From: a virus
DNA length: 64,000 nucleotides
Virus record (IMG/VR): IMGVR_UViG_3300044960_000439
Strand: one strand, 5' to 3'
The notes beneath the pieces are model-generated. The model had not been told where the DNA came from. It was given only the letters and a program-made list of their open reading frames with translations, and did no database searches. The position numbers and the translations under genes are program-made. This document shows positions 47,593-56,164 of this stretch, one piece after another (position 1 is the first letter of the stretch; each line of letters begins with the position of its first letter).

Positions 47593-48766
47593 TCCATATT
47601 ATTACTATAATTTGTTTCCTGTTGAACTCAGTGATTGGATGAAGAAATATATTAATATTCAATGGAATAACGATTTGCCATCGGCAGCTGTAAAGCTGTC
47701 GGCTGATAAAGGTTATATCATTGAATTAAACAAAGAGTTTATGGGGAAGCTCTCTGACAATTGTAAGAAGAAAGTAATTCTGCATGAAATTAGTCACGTC
47801 ATTCGTGGCGATTGTCTGACGATAAAAAAGTGTGAGCGTCCCCTTGATTACAACATAGCCAGTGATGCTCACATCAACACCCAAATTGGTGATCTGACTG
47901 AATTAGAGGAGGAGGCTGGTACTAAAGTTGTTACTTACGAAAGGATTCGTGAAGAAGATTGGCCGGAAGGGATGCCTTCCACTAAAGTAATTTATGACCT
48001 CCTTAATAAGAAGAGGAAACAGCAATCTTCTAAGGGGAAGGAAAGTTCTTCTGAAGAAGGAGGTGACGACAATAATTGTGGTACTGATAAAAAGTTCATT
48101 CTTTCAGGTGACGTTAAAGGTACTGAAGGTGATTTTGAGATTTGCATTGATAAACATACAGAAGCAATAGCAACTGTTCCTAAAGCATTAGGTGCGGGTA
48201 TTAATATCAGATTTGATAATTTTGATAGTAAAGTTTATGAAGTGCGACCGAAGCCAGAACCCAAAATATTGACGGCTTTGAAGAAATTGCTTCGCTATGT
48301 AGTACCAAAATATGGTACTACGAAAGTGAAGGTAAAGACTTGGACGAGGGAAAATCGCTCTAATGATTTGTTTCGTGGTTACATGCGTAAACGTAAGGTG
48401 AAAGTATGCCTTGCTGTTGATGTTAGTGGCAGCATGCGTGAGTATGTCCCAAACATACTCGGCATTGCTGCTGATATGAAGCATAAATTAGATACGGAGA
48501 TTATTGTTTGGGCAGACTATGCCCAGAAAATTCGTGGTGTTGATGATAAATGGGATGTTGGCTGGGGAACCGACGTAAACCCAGCAATTGAATTGATTAA
48601 CAAAATTAATCCTGATATTTCTGTAATTGTTACTGACGGTGATTTTTATCGTAATATTGAGAAAATACCAAAGACACCAGTGCTTTGGGTGCTTTATGGT
48701 GATTTCAGTTGCTCACACAAATTGGTTAAGAAGGCGGTGGATCAAATCATCAAAATTTCAGCATAA
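47570..48766 (+). CDS. DUF2201-like metallopeptidase + VWA protein (module 3)
   Basis: Intact ILHEISH (HExxH), YNIASDAHIN, MIDAS VDVSGSM, GWGTD, VTDG. Confidence 0.87.
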   Translation: MDNLNKDSPYYYYNLFPVELSDWMKKYINIQWNNDLPSAAVKLSADKGYIIELNKEFMGKLSDNCKKKVILHEISHVIRGDCLTIKKCERPLDYNIASDAHINTQIGDLTELEEEAGTKVVTYERIREEDWPEGMPSTKVIYDLLNKKRKQQSSKGKESSSEEGGDDNNCGTDKKFILSGDVKGTEGDFEICIDKHTEAIATVPKALGAGINIRFDNFDSKVYEVRPKPEPKILTALKKLLRYVVPKYGTTKVKVKTWTRENRSNDLFRGYMRKRKVKVCLAVDVSGSMREYVPNILGIAADMKHKLDTEIIVWADYAQKIRGVDDKWDVGWGTDVNPAIELINKINPDISVIVTDGDFYRNIEKIPKTPVLWVLYGDFSCSHKLVKKAVDQIIKISA

Positions 48767-48785
48767 TTTGTTTTAAATATTGAGT

Positions 48786-48858
48786 GGGGCTGTAGCTCAA
48801 AGGATAGAGCAAGGGATTTCTAATCCCTAGGTTGCAGGTTCGAGTCCTGCCAGCCCTA
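48786..48858 (+). tRNA. tRNA-Arg(UCU)
   Basis: Acceptor GGGGCTG/CAGCCCT; anticodon arm AGGGA-TTTCTAA-TCCCT; GGTTCGAGTCC. Confidence 0.95.
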
Positions 48859-48894
48859 GTAACGTTTGAATGCCACACTATCAGAGGTGAAAAA

Positions 48895-49149
48895 ATGAGA
48901 ATAATGAGAATAAAATGCGATATTTATGTATCCTATTCGTCCTTCTTTACCAACAATTACTCAGAGATACTTTATGAGGAACATGATATTGTTGAAATAA
49001 TTGGTAAATATAAACAAAAAGAGCTTGACGCATTTGTAGTTAATGCTGAACCAGACCATAACATATCTAGATATCCGTGTTCATCCGAAGTGCATAAAAT
49101 ATTTTATTTTCAGGATAGAATTGGCGTGGCACTTGAACAAAATAATTAA
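48895..49149 (+). CDS. Small hypothetical protein (first gene of right-hand array)
   Basis: GAGGTG SD before ATG 48895; the listed 48832 start overlaps the tRNA. Confidence 0.65.
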   Translation: MRIMRIKCDIYVSYSSFFTNNYSEILYEEHDIVEIIGKYKQKELDAFVVNAEPDHNISRYPCSSEVHKIFYFQDRIGVALEQNN

Positions 49150-49184
49150 ATAGACGAAGGAGACTAACCGCCTGGAAGGATATT

Positions 49185-49436
49185 ATGAAAGTTAAAGATG
49201 ACGGATACAGTTCGATTTGGGACGACAAGTCACGGAAAATAATGTTCGTTACGCATAAGTGTAAGATTCAATTACTTGGTACATTTACAACTAAAGTCAA
49301 TAACATAACTATAAAAGAATCTGGTAATATCTCGCTAAGTAATTGGTATATTAATTACACTGGTATAAAATTCGTACATTGTGTGAACGATAAAAACGAT
49401 GAATATGAAATTATTGTAGCTGTTGAGGATAAATAA
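49185..49436 (+). CDS. Small beta-rich paralogue, array member
   Basis: Shared pattern MK(V/I)..W....I.L.G....V.I.E.G.IS....V.F...Y.I.VAV. Confidence 0.75.
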   Translation: MKVKDDGYSSIWDDKSRKIMFVTHKCKIQLLGTFTTKVNNITIKESGNISLSNWYINYTGIKFVHCVNDKNDEYEIIVAVEDK

Positions 49437-49555
49437 TCTAATAGAATTCATCAATTTATCTCTAAAAGATGAGATAAATTTGATAGCTGTATCCGAAAAG
49501 GAGGAACAATGAAAATCAAATAGATAAATAATGGCAACTACCAAAGAGGACAGTT

Positions 49556-49816
49556 ATGAAAGTTAAATATGCCGGCGATTCGATTTGGGTCTACAAATCA
49601 GGGAAAATAATGTCCTTTGAATATAATCGTAATATTCATTTATTTGGTGCAACTACAACAGATGCTGCTAAGCCCAGTAGTGTAATCATACACGAATCCG
49701 GTCGTATCTCACGATACAAATCGAATTTTAATTACGTTTCTTTCATAAAATTCGTGTGTCGTTGGAAAGTCCAAAACTGTAAATATGAAATTAATGTAGC
49801 TGTTGGGGATGAATAA
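49556..49816 (+). CDS. Small beta-rich paralogue, array member
   Basis: Same family pattern. Confidence 0.75.
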   Translation: MKVKYAGDSIWVYKSGKIMSFEYNRNIHLFGATTTDAAKPSSVIIHESGRISRYKSNFNYVSFIKFVCRWKVQNCKYEINVAVGDE

Positions 49817-49888
49817 TCTAATAGAATTCATCAATTTATCTCTAAAAGATGAAATAAATCTGATAACTGTATCTGAAAAGGAGGAATA

Positions 49889-50149
49889 ATGAAAATCAAA
49901 TATGATAGCTCATGGTTATTCGCGTGGCGTACTGATTCGTTTAAAGAAGTTCTTAAGGTTGATCTGAACAACATAAAATTACTTGGTGCTCCTATAGAAG
50001 CTTTTAGCAAAATAAGTATTGTGACTGTACTAAGTACAGGTTACGTATACCCACATACAACATCTCATGGGATACATATATCTTTAGTACGGTTTTACAA
50101 ACATGATACGGATAACTATGCAGTTAAAGCAGTGACTAAACATGAATGA
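49889..50149 (+). CDS. Small beta-rich paralogue, array member
   Basis: Same family pattern; AAAGGAGG SD. Confidence 0.75.
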   Translation: MKIKYDSSWLFAWRTDSFKEVLKVDLNNIKLLGAPIEAFSKISIVTVLSTGYVYPHTTSHGIHISLVRFYKHDTDNYAVKAVTKHE

Positions 50150-50211
50150 CTTAGTATTAATAATTAGTATTAATAATGAAATTGAGTAAAATATGATGAG
50201 CATGCCGGAGG

Positions 50212-50472
50212 GTGGCTATGAAAATCAAAGCTGACTGGTGTTGGCATGATATCTTGCGACATGTAATTATTTCTGATAATTCGAATGTTGTGAGGTTACT
50301 TGGCGCACCTGCGAGACTTATTTCAACAGAAACAAAGTCAGTATTAGTAGACGATGCGGGTTTAGTTTCATGTGAAAACATACAGTGTCGTTATAGTTCG
50401 TTTGTCAGGTTTATTCATTGGGATACAAACAACTTAAGTAAATACGCCCTGGAAGCAGTTATTAAGCAATAA
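50212..50472 (+). CDS. Small beta-rich paralogue, array member
   Basis: Same family pattern. Confidence 0.75.
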   Translation: MAMKIKADWCWHDILRHVIISDNSNVVRLLGAPARLISTETKSVLVDDAGLVSCENIQCRYSSFVRFIHWDTNNLSKYALEAVIKQ

Positions 50473-50543
50473 TGACTGCGTATAATTTCATTGACATTTA
50501 TTACGATATGAGATGATTTAATGACTATCTAAGGAAGGAAGCT

Positions 50544-50801
50544 ATGAAAATTAGATATGATAAGGCATTCGTATTTTGTGATCCAGCATTGAGATCAATT
50601 ATTATTAGTGATTCAACTAATTTGAAATTGTGTGGAGAATCTGTAAAAGCGTATGATGCCTACAATCTTGCAACTATAGATGAAACTAATCGTATTTCAC
50701 CTTATAGGAAGTATGTGTTATCATATTCCAGTACTTTTGTCGCGTTTAAGCACGATATATATAACGAATATACGATTGAAGTATCAGTTAAACCTGAGTA
50801 A
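50544..50801 (+). CDS. Small beta-rich paralogue, array member
   Basis: Same family pattern; CTATCTAAGGAAGG RBS. Confidence 0.75.
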   Translation: MKIRYDKAFVFCDPALRSIIISDSTNLKLCGESVKAYDAYNLATIDETNRISPYRKYVLSYSSTFVAFKHDIYNEYTIEVSVKPE

Positions 50802-50859
50802 GTTGATATATCTATTGAGATAAGATAGTGGGATAACTTCTATCTAAGAAAGGAAAACT

Positions 50860-51111
50860 ATGAAAGTCATGTGTAGTAAGTTGTCTACCATATGGATTGA
50901 TAAACTACACAAGTCGATTTTCGACGCTGGAGCTGATAGCATAATATTATGCAGTAAATACGTAGAAGATGCTGTTAAAATGAATGCAATAGTAATTCCG
51001 GAGGTTGGTAAACTTTACCAACATGGAGTGTGTCTTAGACATAGTTCCCTAATTAGGTATGACTACGTTGGCACACATGAATTTGAACTTACGGTAGCGA
51101 TTAAGAACTAG
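50860..51111 (+). CDS. Small beta-rich paralogue, array member
   Basis: Same family pattern; 31-nt RBS/start identical to that of 51180. Confidence 0.75.
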   Translation: MKVMCSKLSTIWIDKLHKSIFDAGADSIILCSKYVEDAVKMNAIVIPEVGKLYQHGVCLRHSSLIRYDYVGTHEFELTVAIKN

Positions 51112-51179
51112 GTAACTATGTAATTTTACTAATATCCATTGTGATAAGAAATGACCTAGCTATCTAAGAAAGGAAAACT

Positions 51180-51437
51180 ATGAAAGTCATATATGAGGAC
51201 TTGCATGAGTCATGGCTTGACAAATCGCAAGGGTCGGTCATTGGCAAAGCATTAGGTGAAGTGATGTTATTCGGTGCGCGAAGAGAATATCAGAATACGT
51301 TGAACGAGGTGAAAATCCCAGAAATCAGCAATATTTCACAATATGTAAATTATCTCAAATTTGATTCCATGATTACGTTTAGGTGTTTCGGATCAGAGGA
51401 AGCTGTACTTAAGGCAGCAATCAAAGTAAGTAGTTAG
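51180..51437 (+). CDS. Small beta-rich paralogue, array member
   Basis: Same family pattern. Confidence 0.75.
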   Translation: MKVIYEDLHESWLDKSQGSVIGKALGEVMLFGARREYQNTLNEVKIPEISNISQYVNYLKFDSMITFRCFGSEEAVLKAAIKVSS

Positions 51438-51488
51438 TAGTAATCTTCTGTTTGAAGAATTTGGAACTAATATCAGTAAAAGGTTGCC

Positions 51489-51722
51489 GTGAAAATAACC
51501 CCGCGCAACGATAGTTATGGTTCCTCTTTGTATGATGAATCAGGAAAAACTGTATTCTATACAGATGGGACAGACGGAGGTACGATCTGTCTTGTTGGTA
51601 AAGATAATATGAGGGAACCTAGTACTTGGTGGTTTTATCAAGATAAATACAAAAACAGTAGCAAGTATTCCTACGGAAATATTGCTTTTGTAGCAGAGTT
51701 TATTCGGGTAACTATAACATAG
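51489..51722 (+). CDS. Small protein, near-identical to 55749..55973
   Basis: CLVGKDNMREP.TWWFYQDKYKNSS.YSYGNI.FV.EFIRVTIT shared. Confidence 0.75.
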   Translation: MKITPRNDSYGSSLYDESGKTVFYTDGTDGGTICLVGKDNMREPSTWWFYQDKYKNSSKYSYGNIAFVAEFIRVTIT

Positions 51723-51790
51723 TATTAGAAGAATTAAAACGAGGACTATTAAGTACTTTGTCAAGAATGTCTCACTCAAAGGAGAAATAT

Positions 51791-52054
51791 ATGATCGACG
51801 AAATCCCTACTAATTCAGTTGCATATGTTTATGCTTTTACTGAGAAAGACGGCAAGGCCATTTTCAGAGGCGTTGCCGCAGATTGGACTAATAAGACCAG
51901 TCCAGTTTATATATGGGATGGTCAGTCTTGGGTAAATATGGGACTTATAGTAGATGATCTTACTTCTGAGAGTAAACTTGATCTATGTTCATTGCTAGAT
52001 GCCCGCAAGGAAGACATCTGGGAAATCAGCGAGCCGACCGATTTATTTGATTAA
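51791..52054 (+). CDS. Small hypothetical protein
   Basis: AAGGAG SD before ATG 51791, in frame with listed 51758. Confidence 0.65.
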   Translation: MIDEIPTNSVAYVYAFTEKDGKAIFRGVAADWTNKTSPVYIWDGQSWVNMGLIVDDLTSESKLDLCSLLDARKEDIWEISEPTDLFD

Positions 52055-52071
52055 TACTTATTAGTAACTAC

Positions 52072-52144
52072 GGGGTCGTAGCTCAGCGGGTAGAGCATCG
52101 GACTTTTAATCCGAAGGTCATGGGTTCGAGTCCCATCGGCCTCA
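52072..52144 (+). tRNA. tRNA-Lys(UUU)
   Basis: Acceptor GGGGTCG/CGGCCTC; anticodon arm TCGGA-CTTTTAA-TCCGA; GGTTCGAGTCC. Confidence 0.95.
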
Positions 52145-52149
52145 CAGAA

Positions 52150-53388
52150 ATTGCGGCGCGGAAACCCCGGACTTCAGTCCGGGGAGGAAGCGCCGTCTCT
52201 TGATCTGCTCTGCGGTATGTGATACTATACAGTATGCCACAGCGCACCGTTGTATGCAAGATAAATCCAGCCCCGGTGGCGGCTAACGCCCTCAAGGATA
52301 CTGTAGAGAAGTACGCGCTCGCCTGTGATGCTATCCTCGCCGTAACCATCCGTGAGAAGACTTCCAACAAGGTTAAGCTCCATCACGCCTGCTACAGGGA
52401 GATCAGGGAGCGCTTCGGCCTCTCTGCCAACCTGACCGTCCGCGCCATTGCCCGCGTGGCGTGGGCGGTCAAGGCAGCAAGGTGCAAGGGACGAGTCGTC
52501 AAGAAGTTCAAGCCGACGAGCATAGACTATGACGAACGCATCTTCTCCTATCGCGAGAATGAGGAGGTAGTGTCCCTATCTACCACGAATGGACGTGTCC
52601 GCGTCCCCCTTGTACTCGGACAGTACCAGCGAGATGCATTGCGCGGGAAGAAACCCACCGCCGCAAAGCTCGTCTATCGGAACCGTGAATGGTACATCCA
52701 CATCGTCATAGAGTATGATCCGGGCCCGCGGTCCAACCCGAGCTGCGCCATCGGCGTGGATCGAGGTGTCTACAATATCGCTACTACCTCCACAGGGAAG
52801 TTCTATTCCGGACGTAAAGCCACGCACGTGCGCGAGAAGTTCGCGTCGCGGAGAAAGGCTCTCCAGAGCTTGGGCACGAAAGGCGCAAAACGCGCCCTGA
52901 AACGGCTGAGCGGACGGGAGAGCCGGTACATCCGCGACCTGAACCATCGAATCTCGAAGGCCATCGTTGCGGAGGCGGTTCGGAGAAACGCCGTGATCAA
53001 GTTGGAGGACTTGACCGGCATCCGGGATCGCCTCAAGCGGCTCAGCCGCGCTTGGAATCGGAAGGTCAACGCTTGGGCTTTCCGAGCACTGGAGACGATG
53101 ATCCGGTACAAGGCCGAACGTGCTTGGGTCGAAGTCGTTTCGGTTCCTGCTCGTGACACGAGCCGCGAATGTTCCAAGTGCGGAGCCGTGGGCGAAAACT
53201 CTCGAAGCGGGGCACATTTCAGGTGCGCCGTCTGCGGCTATCGTCTGGCCGCCGACTTGAATGCCGCAAGGACGATTTCTGGGAGGCATGCCTGCACAGA
53301 AATGGTCGCCGTCAACCGACCTATGGTGGCGGGGTTGCATTCGTGCACCTCAGCTACAAGCCCCGCACTTTAGTGCGGGGTAGTTGAC
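52150..53388 (+). mobile_element. IS200/IS605-family element, tnpB-only, inserted just 3' of tRNA-Lys
   Basis: LE hairpin CGGCGC..CCCCGGACTTCAGTCCGGGG..GCGCCG; RE CCCCGCACTTTAGTGCGGGGTAGTTGAC; GC-rich; promoter TTGATC-17-TACTAT; left boundary approximate. Confidence 0.87.
52234..53373 (+). CDS. tnpB: TnpB RNA-guided endonuclease
   Basis: RuvC GVDRGVYN / IKLEDL / AADLNAART; Zn finger CSKCG..CAVCG; ATG 52234 lies 5 nt after the -10 box (leaderless). Confidence 0.93.
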   Translation: MPQRTVVCKINPAPVAANALKDTVEKYALACDAILAVTIREKTSNKVKLHHACYREIRERFGLSANLTVRAIARVAWAVKAARCKGRVVKKFKPTSIDYDERIFSYRENEEVVSLSTTNGRVRVPLVLGQYQRDALRGKKPTAAKLVYRNREWYIHIVIEYDPGPRSNPSCAIGVDRGVYNIATTSTGKFYSGRKATHVREKFASRRKALQSLGTKGAKRALKRLSGRESRYIRDLNHRISKAIVAEAVRRNAVIKLEDLTGIRDRLKRLSRAWNRKVNAWAFRALETMIRYKAERAWVEVVSVPARDTSRECSKCGAVGENSRSGAHFRCAVCGYRLAADLNAARTISGRHACTEMVAVNRPMVAGLHSCTSATSPAL

Positions 53389-53401
53389 AGGAGGACTCTC
53401 T

Positions 53402-54409
53402 ATGTTAAATATGGTAGAGTATTATGTGTCGATTTCAGTTGTGAGAGACGTTGTACTACAACTATTTAAGATTATCCTTGCTGAAAAGGATATGGCTAAT
53501 GACAAGGACGGCTTTACTGATTTCACCAAATCAGTAGCCAAAAGTGCCTTGCAGAAATTGCTGCCATATTATGAGCCTGACAGAGAATCAAAGAAATTTG
53601 AAGATAGGATATTGAAAGAAATTTATGACGCAGAAATTAATCTTGATCATGTAAGCTCGTTAGATGAAAAACTAATGAGATTACGTGAAGTACTTAGTGC
53701 TATTTCAGATGAAGATCTTGATAACTTATGTGAAGCAGCAAAGTTGTTTGTTGGTATCTTCTTCTACATTGCTAATCAAGAACCCAATAATATTTTCCTT
53801 TTTGATTCAGTACGAGATAAAGTAAAACGATTAGTAGAAAGTGAATCAGAATATAAATTCCCATTACTAGTAGATATTGGTGATTTGTTCATAGTTAGTT
53901 TAGTTAAAGGTAAGCAATCTGTTCTGAACGATAAAAACATTGCATTATTACTTGACTACAAATTGATAGCATCTAAAGAGAAGCATTACAAATTTATCAT
54001 TCACTACTTGAAAAACGAGCCTGCTTATCTTGATTTTTATCAATTAAAGCAGGTTTATAAAGAAATTGAAGATTGTCTAGATAAATTGAGTGAAAGATTT
54101 GATAGCAAAGCTACTATTAAATGCCTTTGCTATCTGCAGTATGCAAAGACTACTGCAGAAAAACTTGACAAAGAAAAATACGACTCTCTACTTGAGAAGG
54201 TAGAAAAGATCCTGGGGCCACTTGATCCGTACGTTACTATGGCGGTGCTGAGTGATAAATTGCTAGCACCCTTCTTGTTCGTATGCAATGAAGATGTTCT
54301 TATTCCTACTTTCAGGAGAATCAAAAATGAGCAATTAACCTTCACTAACGAATTGCTGGAAAGTAATTTGCGTTCTTTATTTGGAAGTGGCGAGCTACGT
54401 CTTGAGTAG
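53402..54409 (+). CDS. Hypothetical helical protein
   Basis: AGGAGG SD right after the IS right end; ATG 53402. Confidence 0.72.
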   Translation: MLNMVEYYVSISVVRDVVLQLFKIILAEKDMANDKDGFTDFTKSVAKSALQKLLPYYEPDRESKKFEDRILKEIYDAEINLDHVSSLDEKLMRLREVLSAISDEDLDNLCEAAKLFVGIFFYIANQEPNNIFLFDSVRDKVKRLVESESEYKFPLLVDIGDLFIVSLVKGKQSVLNDKNIALLLDYKLIASKEKHYKFIIHYLKNEPAYLDFYQLKQVYKEIEDCLDKLSERFDSKATIKCLCYLQYAKTTAEKLDKEKYDSLLEKVEKILGPLDPYVTMAVLSDKLLAPFLFVCNEDVLIPTFRRIKNEQLTFTNELLESNLRSLFGSGELRLE

Positions 54410-54446
54410 TCCTTGTTCACCTAATATCAAAAAAGGAGGATCAGCT

Positions 54447-55097
54447 ATGTCTAAGCATGAGCAGAATCAGCTAGAGCATGTTCACTTCCGTCATCGGAAT
54501 GAGGTGCTGGCCTTTAAGGCCACGCAGGAATGCGTGGTGTTCCGTACTGTGAAGGGGCACTTCGTCATCATTGGTGACGTTGTTTCGATTCACCTTGGTG
54601 ATTCGAATAGCTTCCAAAGTGTTGTCGTTAGTGAAGTTGTAGAGAAGTTTGGCGGTCTCGGGACGTACAAGGATGTGATTGTCCCAGCACCGCTGCGTAA
54701 AGCGGTGTACGAGTACTTTGTCAAGGAAACCAGTGACGAACCTGCCTTGTTCCGGATTCCGAATGGGGAATTTTACTTCCCAGAGAAGGTTTACAATGTC
54801 TCCTACTGGAGAAAGTTGTGTTCTCTTGAACCGCGGCCGGGGTACGAGAAGGTCCGCTTCGTGTGTAAGCGGACCAAGATTAAATCCGGTGAAAGTTGGG
54901 CGGTCGGTATCTACGCCGGGCGCAGGATGTGGCCTAAGCTCTTTGGTCATGCCATTGGATACGGGTCTCCGCTTCAAATTGTCGATGCTTTGCCGAATGT
55001 TGTGGTAGAGGACCTTGGTCATCCGTTGGATGATTATCATGCTGATAACGTTGTAGATGCAGTGGAGGTGAAAGCTTGTCACCTCCACCCAGAGTAG
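54447..55097 (+). CDS. GC-richer hypothetical protein
   Basis: AAAGGAGG SD before ATG 54447; followed by a terminator. Confidence 0.72.
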   Translation: MSKHEQNQLEHVHFRHRNEVLAFKATQECVVFRTVKGHFVIIGDVVSIHLGDSNSFQSVVVSEVVEKFGGLGTYKDVIVPAPLRKAVYEYFVKETSDEPALFRIPNGEFYFPEKVYNVSYWRKLCSLEPRPGYEKVRFVCKRTKIKSGESWAVGIYAGRRMWPKLFGHAIGYGSPLQIVDALPNVVVEDLGHPLDDYHADNVVDAVEVKACHLHPE

Positions 55098-55112
55098 TAA
55101 ATTGATATTTAA

Positions 55113-55176
55113 TAGCTAAAAAAAGCAGCACTAGGGCGGGGTGGGAATAATCCCATCCCGCCTATCTCTTTTTATT
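55113..55176. terminator. Bidirectional terminator-like hairpin
   Basis: GGCGGGGTGGGA-ATAA-TCCCATCCCGCC; T-tract on + side; TTTTTTTAGCTA on the minus side (55113-55124). Confidence 0.7.
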
Positions 55177-55204
55177 TGACCGGTAGTACAGTTTTACATC
55201 TATC

Positions 55205-55591
55205 ATGGAGGAACATATGGATCTCCAGTCTTTATTGAATAAGTATTTGTGCAAGGAAGCTACTCAATTAGAGACAGCTGCAATCTGTACTACAGATGTA
55301 ATTTGTACTGAATATGCTGGGATGCGGCATCCCGCATTGATTAATTATTGGGATATTGAAAATGTATTTAATATCAGCTTGCTTGCTAATGGAAAAATAA
55401 AAATGACTAGTGATAGTTTAAGATATGAATCTAGATTTGGAAACCTAGTGCTGACAGCTAAGTATGCTCCATTAGTAGTAGCTAATTGTCTATTAGAAAT
55501 ATTCGTAAAACAGTGGAAGGGAACTTTGCAGCTTCCCAGCTCTTGTTCACAGTTCATTTTTAACACCCCTAAAGCTTCAGCAGCTTCTTGA
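55205..55591 (+). CDS. Hypothetical protein
   Basis: ORF track; GGAGG inside the 5' end suggests ATG 55217 as start. Confidence 0.6.
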   Translation: MEEHMDLQSLLNKYLCKEATQLETAAICTTDVICTEYAGMRHPALINYWDIENVFNISLLANGKIKMTSDSLRYESRFGNLVLTAKYAPLVVANCLLEIFVKQWKGTLQLPSSCSQFIFNTPKASAAS

Positions 55592-55644
55592 GCTAAAAAA
55601 TTGCCGGGGACCACACGATCTCGCACGGTAGGAACCCGCACGTA

Positions 55645-55709
55645 GCAGCTCCTGCATCAAGTGTAAGGCAAAGTCTAGGTGACTATAGACTTGCCTTGGC
55701 AGGAGCTGC
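55645..55709. other. Long two-segment hairpin in non-coding DNA
   Basis: GCAGCTCCTGC/GCAGGAGCTGC (11 bp) enclosing AAGGCAA(A)GTCTA/TAGACTTGCCTT (12 bp). Confidence 0.6.
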
Positions 55710-55748
55710 ATCTTTAAACCCGAAATTCCGGTAAGTCAGCAAGTTGCC

Positions 55749-55973
55749 ATGAAAATAACCCCTCGCAATAGTAATTTTGGCTCCTTTTTGCATGATGAGT
55801 CAGGGAACACTGTATTCCATATAGATGCGCGTATGGTCTGTCTTGTTGGTAAAGATAATATGAGGGAACCGACTACCTGGTGGTTTTATCAAGATAAATA
55901 CAAAAACAGCAGCAATTATTCGTATGGAAATATTGTTTTTGTAGAAGAGTTTATTCGGGTAACTATAACATAG
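55749..55973 (+). CDS. Small protein, duplicate of 51489..51722
   Basis: Near-identical protein and DNA. Confidence 0.75.
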   Translation: MKITPRNSNFGSFLHDESGNTVFHIDARMVCLVGKDNMREPTTWWFYQDKYKNSSNYSYGNIVFVEEFIRVTIT

Positions 55974-56099
55974 TATCAAATTAGACTAAAAATAGTGTTA
56001 TATGCACTAAAAAACACAGTATAAGGGCTAAAAATACGCGATTTCGCCCCTATTGAATCTAAAAATAGGCCTAAATATGGAATATTTAGGCTAAAATAA

Positions 56100-56117
56100 G
56101 GCATAAATAAGTGGAAG
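56100..56117 (+). promoter_or_regulatory. Phage promoter-like motif GGCATAAATAAGTGGAAG
   Basis: Identical to 4581; followed by hairpin GGTCTGCA-TTG-TGCAGATC. Confidence 0.7.
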
Positions 56118-56164
56118 GTCTGCATTGTGCAGATCGGAATGTGTCCACTTCCCGAGAGGGACAA

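Noticed and set aside
40985-52200. tRNA-associated (theta/HDV-like) ribozymes after the tRNAs
   Set aside because: No nested double-pseudoknot pattern seen by eye; the sequences after the tRNAs are coding, AT-rich or IS end
52576-53340. 254-aa minus-strand ORF and other short ORFs within IS2
   Set aside because: Shadow ORFs of the second tnpB
54471-55088. 205-aa minus-strand ORF
   Set aside because: Antisense to 54447..55097, which has a strong SD and its own terminator
55622-55645. GGAACCCGCACGTA, resembling group II intron domain V
   Set aside because: The 5' strand with the AGC/CGC catalytic triad and domain VI are missing; no RT gene
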